Source: Thermoanaerobaculia bacterium
Lineage (GTDB): Bacteria; Acidobacteriota; Thermoanaerobaculia; Multivoradales; UBA5704
Length of the DNA: 60,622 nucleotides
Assembly: GCA_035308185.1 (NCBI GenBank)
Contig: DATGHG010000186.1
Coordinates: 1-60,622 of the forward strand
Direction: 5' to 3'
Under the pieces are notes generated by a model. It did no database searches, had not been told where the DNA came from, and was given only the letters and a program-made list of their open reading frames with translations. Positions 27,209 to 35,987 of this stretch are shown piece by piece (within the stretch, counting starts at the first letter, position 1; every line of letters begins with the position of its first letter). The position numbers and the translations under genes were made by a program.

Positions 27209-28008
27209 GCGGTTTCGACCAGGTTCTCGCGCAGGCGCTCGAAGATGCCGGCGCCGAGAGCCCAGGCGGCGAGGCTCACCAGCGCCATTTGCAGCCAGAG
27301 CGAGCTGCTGGGAGGCTGGCCGAAGAAGAGGATCTGCTGATAGCCGGCGGTGAACGGGGTGAAGGGGTTGAGACGCACCAGCCACCAGAAGAACGGGCGG
27401 CCGGCGAGCGATTGCAGCGAATACAGGATCGGCGTGACGAAGAAGAGCAGGTTCAGCAGGTTGGCCAGCAGGTCGCGGACGTCCTTGAAGTACACCGTCA
27501 ACGCGGCCGCGCCGACCGCCAGGCCGGCGATCATCGGCAGTTGCAGCAGCAGGATGACCGGCAGCAGCAGGGCCGCGACGCCGCTCACCGCGTAGCCGAG
27601 CAGGCGTGCCGCCGCCAGGCCGGCGGCCAGGATGGGCATCGCGAGCAGCAGGTGGACGCCGTTGGCCAGCACCGCGACCATCGGCAGCAGCTCGGCGGGG
27701 AAGACGGCCTTGCGGATCAGGCCCGAGTTGACGACCAGCGACATCGATCCTTCCAGCGCCGAGGTGGCGAGCCAGATCCAGGGAAACAGGCCGCTGACGA
27801 CGAACAGCGCGTAGGGCTCGATGCCGGGCACCCGCGGCTTGAAGATGACGCTGAAGACGAAGGTGTAGATCGCCAGCAGCAGCAGGGGATTGGCCAGGGA
27901 CCAGAGGAAGCCCAGCACCGAGCCGCGGTAACGGGCCTTGAGCTCTCGGGCGGTCAGGGTCGCCAGCAGGCCGCGGAAGCGGAAGATCTGGCGGGCCACC
28001 CGGAGCAT
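27205..28008 (-). CDS. wzm: ABC-2 type polysaccharide exporter permease
   Basis: RELKARYRGSVLGFLWSLANPLL plus 6 TM helices. Confidence 0.9.
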   Translation of the reverse strand: MLRVARQIFRFRGLLATLTARELKARYRGSVLGFLWSLANPLLLLAIYTFVFSVIFKPRVPGIEPYALFVVSGLFPWIWLATSALEGSMSLVVNSGLIRKAVFPAELLPMVAVLANGVHLLLAMPILAAGLAAARLLGYAVSGVAALLLPVILLLQLPMIAGLAVGAAALTVYFKDVRDLLANLLNLLFFVTPILYSLQSLAGRPFFWWLVRLNPFTPFTAGYQQILFFGQPPSSSLWLQMALVSLAAWALGAGIFERLRENLVETA

Positions 28009-28179
28009 CCGGAGCGACTCTGCATCACCCCCCGGCAGGAGTCAAGCGCTCGCCGGGCGGGCCCGCCGCCTCCTGTAGACTGGCGACAATGAAGCCACTT
28101 GGACGCGGCGCCGGGCGGGGCGGCGCGCCTTACCGATGAACGGCGCGCGCCGCTCCGGAGCTCTCACCGCCCCCTGACA

Positions 28180-30636
28180 ATGCCTCCTTGGAGCATCCTC
28201 GACCTGGCGCCCGGCTGCTACGCGGCGGTGCTGGCGCTGCTGCTGGTGACCGCTCTGCGCCGCTGGTACGAGCCGGTGCCGTGGCGCGTGCTGGCCGCCT
28301 TTGCGCTGGCGGTCGGGGTGTTGTTCGGCAGCTCCCTTTTCGGCGGCCGGGTGCTGCTGCCGCTCGACGACCTGCGCGGCGAGGTGCCCTTCCGGTTGCT
28401 GCGGCCCAGCCAGCCGTCCGGCAACGTGCTGCAGGGCGACCTGATCGAGCTGGTGGTGCCGTCGCTGGCCGCCGGCCGGAGCGCCCTGGCGGCCGGTCGC
28501 TGGCCGCTGTGGAATTCCCGCGTGGGCGCCGGCATGCCGCTGCTTGCCGATCCGCAGGCCCAGGCGCTGGCGCCGGTGGCGCTGCTGGCACTGCCGTTCT
28601 CGCCGCTGCGAGGGGCGGCGGTGATGGCCGCGCTGCGGGTGATCGTCGCCCTGGTGTTCACCTTCCTGCTGTTGCGCCGTCAGGGATTGGGGGAAGGGCC
28701 GGCGCTGGCCGGGGCGCTGGCCTTTGGGCTGAGCGGCTTCTTGTTGCTCTGGGTGGGATGGCCGCTCGCCAGCGCGGCGGCGCTGTTGCCGGCCGTCCTC
28801 TATGCGCTGGCGCGGCTGGCGGCGGTGGATTGGCCGGCAGCGGAAGCGAGGAGCGCGACCCAGCCGGCGGGCGCCGGACCCCCGCGCCGGGATGCCCTGT
28901 TGCTGGCGCTGGCGCTTGCCTCGTTGCTGCTCGCCGGCCATCCGGAGACCGAGCTGTACGCCTGCCTGCTGGCGGCCGCCTTCGCTGTCGACCTGGTGCT
29001 GCGGCGCCCGGCCGGGCAGCGGCTGGCGGTGCTGCGCCGGATGGCCGGCGCCACCGCGGTGGCCGCGGGGCTGGCGGCGCCGGCGCTGCTGCCGGCGCTC
29101 GATTACCTGCCGCAGACGTTGCGCGCCTCGCGCCTCGCGCATCCGGCGGCGGCGGCGGCGGCGGCCGGCGGCGATCTCGCCCGGCGCTGGTTGCCGATCG
29201 TGGCGCCGAACGCCTACGGCAACAGCCGCTTCGCCGCCTACTGGGGCCTCTCCAACACCAACGAGGACGCCGCGGGCTTCGCCGGCACCGCGGCGGCGCT
29301 CGGCGCCGCGCTGGCGGTCGCCGCACCGCGCCGGCGGCGGCTGCCGCAGGAGAGCCTGATGCTGGCGGTGCTCGGCGTCTGCCTCTTGCAGCTGGCCGAT
29401 CCCGGCTGGCTGCACGCGCTGCTCGCCGCCATCGCCCCGGCGCTTGCCGGCAGCCGCCGCTGCCTGGCGCTGGTGGCCTTCTGCCTGGCCTATCTCGCCG
29501 CCTGCACCTGGGAGCGCCACCGTCGCGGCGAGCTGGGTCGCGCGCCGCTGATCGCGGTGGCGGCGGCGCTTGGCGCGCTGATCGCCTGGGCCTACCTCGA
29601 CCATCCCAGCCCGGGCGATCCGCAGCGGCTGGCGGTGCTGCGCTTCGGTTGGTTGCGCTGGCAGGCTCGCTTCCTGATCGCCGCCACCCTGCTGCTGGCC
29701 CTCCCTGGCGGCCGGCGCCTGTCGCGCCGGGGCCATGGCGGCTTCCTGGGGGCCGCGATGGCCGCCGGGCTGGCGGCGGTGGTGGGGGTGGAGCTCCTGC
29801 TCGCCCATCTGCCGGCCAACCCGCCGATGCCGGCACGCCTCGCCTTCCCGCGCCCGCCGCCGCTGGCGCTGCCGGCGGGAAGGCCCGGCGGCGACCGCAT
29901 CGCCGCGCTGGGCCGCGGGCTGCCCCCCAACCTCGCCTCGCTCTACGGCCTGACCGACGCCCGGATTTACAACCCGGTGGCGCCGGCGGCCTACCTTGCC
30001 CTGCTGGCGCCGATCACCACCGGCTGGTGGGGCGAGATGCCGGAGCTGGGGTCTCCCGGCGACCCTCTCTACCGCCGCCTGGGCGTCGGCTATCTGCTGG
30101 TGGCACCCGGCGAGCGCCCGCCGCCGCCATGGACGCTGCTGATCGCAGACCCCAGCGGCTGGCTCTACCGGCGGGCCGACGCCTGGCCGCGGCTGTATCT
30201 CGCCGCCAGCGCCGGCGCCGGCGCCGGTGGCGAGCCCCAGCCCGGCCGGCTGGCCGTCACCAGCTTCGAGGATGACGAGATCGCGGCCCGCGCCAGGATC
30301 GACGGTGGCGGCGCGGTGTTGGCGGGCAGCCTCTACCAGGACGGCGGCTGGCGCCTGCTCGTCGATGGCCGCCAGGTGCCGGAGCCGCTGCCGGGGCGCC
30401 TGCTCGCCGCGCCGCTGAGGCTCCCAGGCTCCAGCGACCGCCCTCGGTCTACCCCCAAGGCTCCGCATGCGGAGCTGCGGCTCGATCTGCTCTATCGTCC
30501 GCGCGGTTTCCTGGCCGGAATGGTGGCGGCCGCCCTGGCCTGCGCCGGCGCCCTGGCCGGCTGGACGCCTGGGCCGCGTGGAAGCCGTCGCCTCGGCTCA
30601 TCCTCCCAGGATCACCCGACGGGCGGCACCAACTAG
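28180..30636 (+). CDS. YfhO-like polytopic membrane protein (putative glycan-modifying)
   Basis: It has more than 12 TM helices. LQGDLIELVVPSL...GRWPLWNSRVGAGMPLLADPQAQALAP resembles the YfhO N-terminal region, and there is a C-terminal soluble domain. It is divergent from wzm. The start is taken at MPPWSILDL; the ORF is open from 28099. Confidence 0.65.
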   Translation: MPPWSILDLAPGCYAAVLALLLVTALRRWYEPVPWRVLAAFALAVGVLFGSSLFGGRVLLPLDDLRGEVPFRLLRPSQPSGNVLQGDLIELVVPSLAAGRSALAAGRWPLWNSRVGAGMPLLADPQAQALAPVALLALPFSPLRGAAVMAALRVIVALVFTFLLLRRQGLGEGPALAGALAFGLSGFLLLWVGWPLASAAALLPAVLYALARLAAVDWPAAEARSATQPAGAGPPRRDALLLALALASLLLAGHPETELYACLLAAAFAVDLVLRRPAGQRLAVLRRMAGATAVAAGLAAPALLPALDYLPQTLRASRLAHPAAAAAAAGGDLARRWLPIVAPNAYGNSRFAAYWGLSNTNEDAAGFAGTAAALGAALAVAAPRRRRLPQESLMLAVLGVCLLQLADPGWLHALLAAIAPALAGSRRCLALVAFCLAYLAACTWERHRRGELGRAPLIAVAAALGALIAWAYLDHPSPGDPQRLAVLRFGWLRWQARFLIAATLLLALPGGRRLSRRGHGGFLGAAMAAGLAAVVGVELLLAHLPANPPMPARLAFPRPPPLALPAGRPGGDRIAALGRGLPPNLASLYGLTDARIYNPVAPAAYLALLAPITTGWWGEMPELGSPGDPLYRRLGVGYLLVAPGERPPPPWTLLIADPSGWLYRRADAWPRLYLAASAGAGAGGEPQPGRLAVTSFEDDEIAARARIDGGGAVLAGSLYQDGGWRLLVDGRQVPEPLPGRLLAAPLRLPGSSDRPRSTPKAPHAELRLDLLYRPRGFLAGMVAAALACAGALAGWTPGPRGSRRLGSSSQDHPTGGTN

Positions 30637-30645
30637 AATAGCGGC

Positions 30646-30957
30646 ATGAGCGAGCATGATCCGACGCTGAGCGTCCGCTGCCCCGATTGCGGCTCCGAGC
30701 TGGTGGTCGACGCCGCCACCGGCGAGGTGCTCTCGCACCGCCGGCCCAAGCAGCCCCCCGCCGGCGGCAAGGACCTGGATTCGCTGCTGCAGGGGCTGGA
30801 CGAGGACAAGGCGCGGGCCGAGACGGTGTTCCAGCGCGAGGTGGCGGCGATGAAGGACCGCGACCGCCTGCTGGAGGAGAAGTTCCGGCAGGCCCTGCGC
30901 CGGGCCGAAGAAGACCCCGACGAGGGGCGGCCGCCGCGGCCCTTCGACCTGGACTGA
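30646..30957 (+). CDS. Small zinc-ribbon/coiled-coil protein
   Basis: CPDCGSELVV half-ribbon followed by a charged helical tail. It lies 10 nt after the upstream stop. Confidence 0.55.
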   Translation: MSEHDPTLSVRCPDCGSELVVDAATGEVLSHRRPKQPPAGGKDLDSLLQGLDEDKARAETVFQREVAAMKDRDRLLEEKFRQALRRAEEDPDEGRPPRPFDLD

Positions 30958-30976
30958 GGCGCTGCCGTCGGGCGCC

Positions 30977-31360
30977 CTATCTGCCCACCAGGAGCTTGCC
31001 TGCCCAGACGCCCAGGGTCCCGGCCGCCAGGCAGCCGGCGACGGTCGCGCCGACGTTGGCCGCAGCCAGCAGCCAGCTATCGCTTTGCAGGTACTGCAAG
31101 GTCTCGTAGTTGAAGCTCGAGTAGGTGGTGAATCCGCCCATCAGGCCGGTGGCGAGGGTCAACCGCAGGCCGGGCGACAGGATCGCGGTGGTGAGGCCGA
31201 TCTCCATGATCGCGCCGAGCAGGAAAGAGCCGAGCAGGTTCACCGCCAGGGTGCCCCAGGGAAATGCCGGTCCCGCGAATCGCGAGAGCCAGGTGGACAG
31301 CAGGTAGCGAGCGCCGGTGCCTGCCGCCCCCGCCGCACAGATCCACAGGAATCGAGCCAT
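30977..31360 (-). CDS. crcB: Fluoride ion channel CrcB/FEX
   Basis: MARFLWICAAGAAGTGARYLL...GTLAVNLLGSFLLG...GLMGGFTTYSSF. The RBS is GGAGGAGAGG. 127 aa. Confidence 0.9.
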   Translation of the reverse strand: MARFLWICAAGAAGTGARYLLSTWLSRFAGPAFPWGTLAVNLLGSFLLGAIMEIGLTTAILSPGLRLTLATGLMGGFTTYSSFNYETLQYLQSDSWLLAAANVGATVAGCLAAGTLGVWAGKLLVGR

Positions 31361-31414
31361 ACCTCTCCTCCTGGCCGTCCGGCGCGCGAAGGCGCCGGGA
31401 GCCGCCTCGGGTGA

Positions 31415-31480
31415 GATCGAGTAGGAGTCATTGGCCGCTCCTGCCGGAGCTGCGGTCGAGGGCGGACTCCACCGCCGCGA
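31415..31480 (-). promoter_or_regulatory. Fluoride riboswitch (crcB RNA motif)
   Basis: The minus strand reads GGCGGUGGAGUCCGCC-CUCGACC-GCAGCUCC-GGCA-GGAGCGGC-CAAUGACUCCUAC. This matches the conserved GGCGAUGGnGUUCGCC...hairpin...AUGAnnCCUAC architecture, with GGAGUC/GACUCC pseudoknot pairing. It lies about 60 nt upstream of the crcB ATG. Confidence 0.8.
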
Positions 31481-31516
31481 GCAAGCGCGCATGATAGCGG
31501 AACCGCCGCCACCCGG

Positions 31517-31575
31517 GGACGATCCGGAGCGCCGCTGCCGTGCCCGTCCGGACGATCCGGAGCGCCGGCTGCCGT
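31517..31575. repeat. Direct repeat, 2 x ~25 nt, period 33
   Basis: GGACGATCCGGAGCGCCGCTGCCGT at 31517..31541 and GGACGATCCGGAGCGCCGGCTGCCGT at 31550..31575. Confidence 0.8.
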
Positions 31576-31832
31576 CGCCGATCGAGAGCCTGCCGCCACT
31601 CGTGCCGCGGTGTCGCCAGATGGCCGATTCCGAGTAGGGGGCGGATCGCTCGACCTGATCGACTGGTCTATCAATAGCTATATTTTTTACCTATTAGCCA
31701 GTGTAAATCCGGTACAACGGCTTCAGTAACGGAAAAAAGGCGTATGACAACGGTAAAAATACGGTGTGTCCATTTACGGTAACTAGTTGAGGTAATTGGA
31801 CTTACGGAGAGAAAATCGCTTAGATTCACGGC

Positions 31833-32231
31833 ATGGGAATCCGCGTCGTCGATCCAGCGAAGTCAGACCGGGGGAAGGCGATCGTGTTCCTGGCCGACCG
31901 GCAAGGCTTTAGCCAGCGCGATCTGGCTGCGAAGGCAAAGTTGAACAGCAACACGATCTCGGACTGGTGCATGGGCAAGACGAGTCCTGACCGCCGTTCC
32001 ATGGACAGCGTGCTGCGGGTGCTCGGTTGCACGGAACAGGTGGTCGAGGAGGCCACGGCGATCTTCCGCGAATGGCGCCTCAGGCCGGTCGCTGCCGCGC
32101 TCGTCGAAGAGGGCCCCGGCCGCTACGCGGCTGCCGACGATATCCACCGCGAGCTGGGGCGCATCGTGGCCCGGCTCGTCGATCTGATTGGCCAGCTGCT
32201 GCAGCGCAAGCCGCCATCTCCGCCTGCTTGA
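31833..32231 (+). CDS. XRE-family helix-turn-helix regulator
   Basis: FSQRDLAAKAKLNSNTISDWCMGKTSP is a typical HTH_3 motif. The 5' half has lower GC than its surroundings, and an AT-rich leader precedes the gene. Confidence 0.7.
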   Translation: MGIRVVDPAKSDRGKAIVFLADRQGFSQRDLAAKAKLNSNTISDWCMGKTSPDRRSMDSVLRVLGCTEQVVEEATAIFREWRLRPVAAALVEEGPGRYAAADDIHRELGRIVARLVDLIGQLLQRKPPSPPA

Positions 32232-32362
32232 TCCCGCTCCGGCGCCGCCCTTCGCCGGGCACCGCCGCCGCCCGCCCGCCCCTATCTGGCCGGCCGGCCG
32301 GCGGTATCGGCATGCCGGGTAGTGGCTCGCCGAGCGACTACCGCACGGCACATCGGGCCGGG

Positions 32363-32393
32363 TTACCCGCAACCGCTCGCGAAATGGTAGAAT
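32363..32393 (+). promoter_or_regulatory. Sigma70-like promoter with an extended -10, for the NYN/OST-HTH gene
   Basis: TTACCC-N19-TAGAAT, with a TGG immediately upstream of the -10 (TGnTAGAAT). It lies about 160 nt upstream of TTG 32554. Confidence 0.4.
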
Positions 32394-32553
32394 GATTGGT
32401 GGTTAGTCAGGCCGCTTGCCCCCTCGCCGCTGTGGCCCTCGCCCAACCGCCCGCCGCCGCCCGCCAAGTCGGGCTGCTTCGCACGCATCTCAGTACCACG
32501 AATCACGGCGAGATCCGACGAGCCCTTCCCGGGTTCGAGAAAGGGAATACAAC

Positions 32554-34368
32554 TTGAGTCCATGGTGGCTACGCCCCACATCCGAGGGCGCCGCGAACGA
32601 AGAGAATCCGGAGCGTCCGGAAACCGAACCGAAGCAAGAGCAGCGAGAGCCGGCTCCATCCCTGCCCGCCGCCCGTGAAGCGGAAGCCTCCGGGCGCCTG
32701 CACGATGGCATCGCCGGTCCTACCGGGACTGGCGGCGCCGCTGCCGCGCCCGCTGCGCTCCCTGCGCCCGCTGCGCTCCCTGCAAACGCCGCCGGCGGCA
32801 GGGAGACCGCGCGAGCGGCCGCCGCCCTCGCCGCGCCAGAGCCGGCATCGAGCTGGCTCGCCGAGACCGCCGCCCGCTCCTCCCAGAGAACCGTCACGCC
32901 GCACCCGGCGCCCACGCCCGCGGCCGAGGCCGAACCGCTGTCGCCCACGGCTGCCGAGCCCTATCGCGCCTTCTGGCAGCCACGCGAAACGGTCTCGATC
33001 CAGGAGACTGCTGCGGCACCGCTCCAACCCGCGGCTCCGGCCGCTCGCGCCGCCTCGTGGCGCTCGACTGCCATCTCCGACCTCGACCGCGACCGCGAAG
33101 AGGACGCGGCTGCCCGGCCGCCGCAGCCGGTCGACAGCGCTCGCGAGCCCGCCGTCCAGGTGGCAGCGAGCGAGGCCGATGCCATCGCCGCGGACACCGC
33201 GGACACCGCGGACACCGCGGACACCGAAGGCGAAGGAGTGGGCGAGGCGGAGGACCGCGACGAGGATAGCCGGCCCGAGGTGAAAAAGAAGCGCTCACGC
33301 CGCAGCCGTGGCGGCCGGCGCAAGAACGGCCGCGCCGCGGCAGCCGGCGGCGGGGCCGAGGCGGCCGACGACGACGACGAGGACCTCGATGCGGAGGAGA
33401 CGCCGGCGCCGTTCCCGGTCGCGCCCGCGCCGCCGGTGGCGGCCAGCCCGCAGCCCCTGGTCCACCGCGCCGCGCGCGGCGGCGAGAGCGCCGCACGCGC
33501 CGGCGAGAGCTACGTCATCTCCGCCAGCGACCTCGACTCGATGAGCCGCGAGATCATCATCTCCGTCCCCGACCGTCAGCGGCAGCAGCAGGAGGAGCGC
33601 AAGATCGCGGTGTTCTGTGATTTCGAGAACATCGCCCTGGGCGTCCGCGACTCGGAGATCAGCAAGCTCGACATCGGTCTGATCCTCGAGCGGCTGCTCG
33701 AGAAGGGCAAGATCATCGTCAAGAAGGCCTACGCCGACTGGGAGCGCTACAGCGACTACAAGCGGCCGTTCCATGAAGCGGCGATCGAGCTCATCGACAT
33801 CCCGCAGAAGTTCTATTCGGGCAAGAACAGCGCCGACATCAAGATGGTGGTCGACGCCATGGACATGTCCTACGCCAAGGAGCATCTCGACACCTTCGTG
33901 ATCCTTTCCGGCGACAGCGATTTCTCGCCGCTGGTCTCGAAGCTCAAGGAAAACAACAAGTACGTCATCGGCATCGGCGTCAAGAACTCCTCGTCCAACC
34001 TGCTGGTCGACAACTGCGACGAGTTCATCTATTACGAGGACATCTGGCGCGACGCGCAGAAGGGCCCGAAGCTCGACGGTCTCAGCAAGAAGACCGCCGA
34101 GGCCTTCAGCCTGATGGTGGAATCGATCCAGGCGCTGGTGCGCGAGAACAAGGACGTGCTCTGGGGCTCGATGATTAAGCAGACCATGCAGCGCAAGAAG
34201 CCCTCTTTCAACGAGGGCTACTACGGCTACAGCACGTTCTCCGAGCTGCTCGAGGACGCCGAGCGCAAGGCCATCGTCAAGCTGAAGAAGGACCAGCGCT
34301 CCGGCACCTACATCGTCACCGGCTTTGCGAAGAGCGGCGATGCCGGACCCGGGCGGCGCCAGGCGTAG
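32554..34368 (+). CDS. NYN (LabA/PIN-like) nuclease domain plus OST-HTH/LOTUS domain protein, with a long disordered N-terminal extension
   Basis: NYN motifs are IAVFCDFENIALG, KKAYADW and ILSGDSDFSPLVSKLKE. The OST-HTH motif is LWGSMIKQTMQRKKPSFNEGYYGYSTFSELLEDA. The start is uncertain: TTG 32554 follows AAAGGGA, and an alternative ATG lies near 33541. GC3 stays high through the low-complexity part, which includes 4 x GCGGACACC at 33190..33225. Confidence 0.8.
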   Translation: MSPWWLRPTSEGAANEENPERPETEPKQEQREPAPSLPAAREAEASGRLHDGIAGPTGTGGAAAAPAALPAPAALPANAAGGRETARAAAALAAPEPASSWLAETAARSSQRTVTPHPAPTPAAEAEPLSPTAAEPYRAFWQPRETVSIQETAAAPLQPAAPAARAASWRSTAISDLDRDREEDAAARPPQPVDSAREPAVQVAASEADAIAADTADTADTADTEGEGVGEAEDRDEDSRPEVKKKRSRRSRGGRRKNGRAAAAGGGAEAADDDDEDLDAEETPAPFPVAPAPPVAASPQPLVHRAARGGESAARAGESYVISASDLDSMSREIIISVPDRQRQQQEERKIAVFCDFENIALGVRDSEISKLDIGLILERLLEKGKIIVKKAYADWERYSDYKRPFHEAAIELIDIPQKFYSGKNSADIKMVVDAMDMSYAKEHLDTFVILSGDSDFSPLVSKLKENNKYVIGIGVKNSSSNLLVDNCDEFIYYEDIWRDAQKGPKLDGLSKKTAEAFSLMVESIQALVRENKDVLWGSMIKQTMQRKKPSFNEGYYGYSTFSELLEDAERKAIVKLKKDQRSGTYIVTGFAKSGDAGPGRRQA

Positions 34369-35668
34369 GCCGCCCGGCGGTGCGTCCAGGCCGGCTGCCG
34401 GCGCGTCTCGGCCGAGCGCCGGCGCGTCTCGGCCGGCTGCCGCGCGCGGGCGCGGGACGCCGGCCGGACGGGGCGCTCCCCGTGTCGCGGTCGTCGGCGC
34501 CGGCGCCTTCGGCGGCTGGTTGGCGCTCTGGCTTTGCCGGCGCGGCGCCCGGGTGACCCTGCTCGATGCCTGGGGGCCCGGCAACTCGCGCGCCAGCTCC
34601 GGTGGCGAGACCCGGGTGATTCGCGGCATGTACGGCCGCGACAGCCTGTACACCGAGTGGGTGGCGCGAGCGCTCGACCTCTGGGTGGAGGCGGAGGCGC
34701 AATGGGGCCGGCGCCTCTATCAGCCCACCGGCGCCCTGTGGATGTTCAGCGGCGACGACGGTTATGCCCGGGCCTCCCTGCCCGTGCTGGCCGCGGCCGG
34801 GTTGACGGCGGAGGAGCTCGACCTGCGGGCGGCGGCGGCCCGCTTCCCGCAGGTCTCGTTCGACGGCGTCGACAGCGTCTTCTACGAGGAGCGGGCGGGC
34901 TTCCTGGCGGCGCGCCGCGGCTGCCGGTTGGTGGCCGCCGCGGTTGCCGCCGCGGGCGGCGAGGTGCGCGAGATCGCCGCGACGCCCGGCGCCATCGCGC
35001 GGCAGGCGGGAGCAAGGGGGGGCGGGAAGATGTCGCCGTTGCCGCTCGCGGACGGCAGCCGCCTTGCCGCCGACCTCTACGTCTTCGCCTGCGGCCCCTG
35101 GCTTGGCGAGCTGTTCCCCGGCCTGCTGGGAGGCCGGCTGCGGCCGACTCGGCAGGAGGTCTTCTATTTCGGCACGCCGCAGGGTGGCGGCGCGCGCTTC
35201 GGCGAGGCGGTCCTACCGGTCTGGATGGACCATGGTGAGCGCGTCTTCTACGGCATTCCCGGCAACCACGCCCGGGGCTTCAAGATTGCCGACGATTCCC
35301 GCGGCGAGCCGTTCGACCCCACCTGGGGCGAGCGGGTGCCCTCCCCGGAGGCGTTGGACCGCGCCCGCCGCCACCTCGCACGCCGCTTCCCGGCCATGGC
35401 CGGCGCGCCGCTGCTCGAGGCCCGCGTCTGTCAGTACGAGAACACGCCGGACGGCCAGCTGCTGGTCGATCGTCATCCGGAAGCCGCCAACGTCTGGCTG
35501 CTCGGCGGCGGCTCGGGACACGGTTACAAGCTGGGGCCGGCGCTCGGCGAGTACGCCGCCGACCTGATCCTGGGCGGCGGCGACCCGCACCCGCAGCTGG
35601 CGCTGGCCCGCCTCGCCGGTACCGCCGAGGCAGCCTTCGTCTCCCAGTTCACCGCCGGCCGGTCCTGA
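34340..35668 (+). CDS. FAD-dependent oxidoreductase (DAO/sarcosine-oxidase-like)
   Basis: VAVVGAGAFGGWLALWLCRRGARVTLLD is a Rossmann dinucleotide motif. Also GGETRVIRGMYG and GGGSGHGYKLGP. The start is ambiguous (34325, 34340 or later). Confidence 0.85.
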   Translation: MPDPGGARRRPPGGASRPAAGASRPSAGASRPAAARGRGTPAGRGAPRVAVVGAGAFGGWLALWLCRRGARVTLLDAWGPGNSRASSGGETRVIRGMYGRDSLYTEWVARALDLWVEAEAQWGRRLYQPTGALWMFSGDDGYARASLPVLAAAGLTAEELDLRAAAARFPQVSFDGVDSVFYEERAGFLAARRGCRLVAAAVAAAGGEVREIAATPGAIARQAGARGGGKMSPLPLADGSRLAADLYVFACGPWLGELFPGLLGGRLRPTRQEVFYFGTPQGGGARFGEAVLPVWMDHGERVFYGIPGNHARGFKIADDSRGEPFDPTWGERVPSPEALDRARRHLARRFPAMAGAPLLEARVCQYENTPDGQLLVDRHPEAANVWLLGGGSGHGYKLGPALGEYAADLILGGGDPHPQLALARLAGTAEAAFVSQFTAGRS

Positions 35669-35719
35669 AGCGCAAGGGCGTACGCGGGACTTGCGGCTCC
35701 TGCCCGCGGCAAGTGCTTT

Positions 35720-35752
35720 TTGACACCACCCCTGGTAAGACGATATCTTACC
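35720..35752 (+). promoter_or_regulatory. Promoter with an overlapping inverted-repeat operator upstream of vapB
   Basis: TTGACA-N18-TATCTT. The inverted repeat GGTAAGA-cgata-TCTTACC (35734..35752) overlaps the -10. Confidence 0.5.
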
Positions 35753-35756
35753 AAGC

Positions 35757-35987
35757 ATGAAGACCGCCGTCTCTACCAAGGGCCAGATCGTGATTCCGGC
35801 GGAGATCCGTCACCAGGACGGCATCGAGCCGGGGCAGGAGTTCGAGATCGAGCGCCTCGATCGCGGTGACTACCGGCTGAAGCGACTCACGCCGCCCAGG
35901 AATCACGGTCTGCTGGAGTGGCTCCTGGCCTGCCCCGAGAAGGGCTTCTTCGTGCCCATCGATTCCGAGTCCACGGACACGCTTTGA
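35757..35987 (+). CDS. vapB: AbrB/SpoVT-fold antitoxin (VapB-like)
   Basis: MKTAVSTKGQIVIPAEIRHQDGIEPGQEFEIE. Confidence 0.85.
   Translation: MKTAVSTKGQIVIPAEIRHQDGIEPGQEFEIERLDRGDYRLKRLTPPRNHGLLEWLLACPEKGFFVPIDSESTDTL

Noticed and set aside
28042-30468. 808-aa ORF antisense to the YfhO-like membrane protein, plus the frame-shifted ORF 28188..30275
   Set aside because: The translations are Arg/Gln/Pro/Gly-rich nonsense. The sense frame gives regular TM helices.
33190-33225. Short tandem repeats (4 x GCGGACACC here; similar 9-24-nt repeats at 13400..13460, 34395..34440 and 44290..44500), considered as CRISPR or other arrays
   Set aside because: There are only 2-5 units with no unique spacers, and they lie in frame inside coding low-complexity regions. 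They are not CRISPR.
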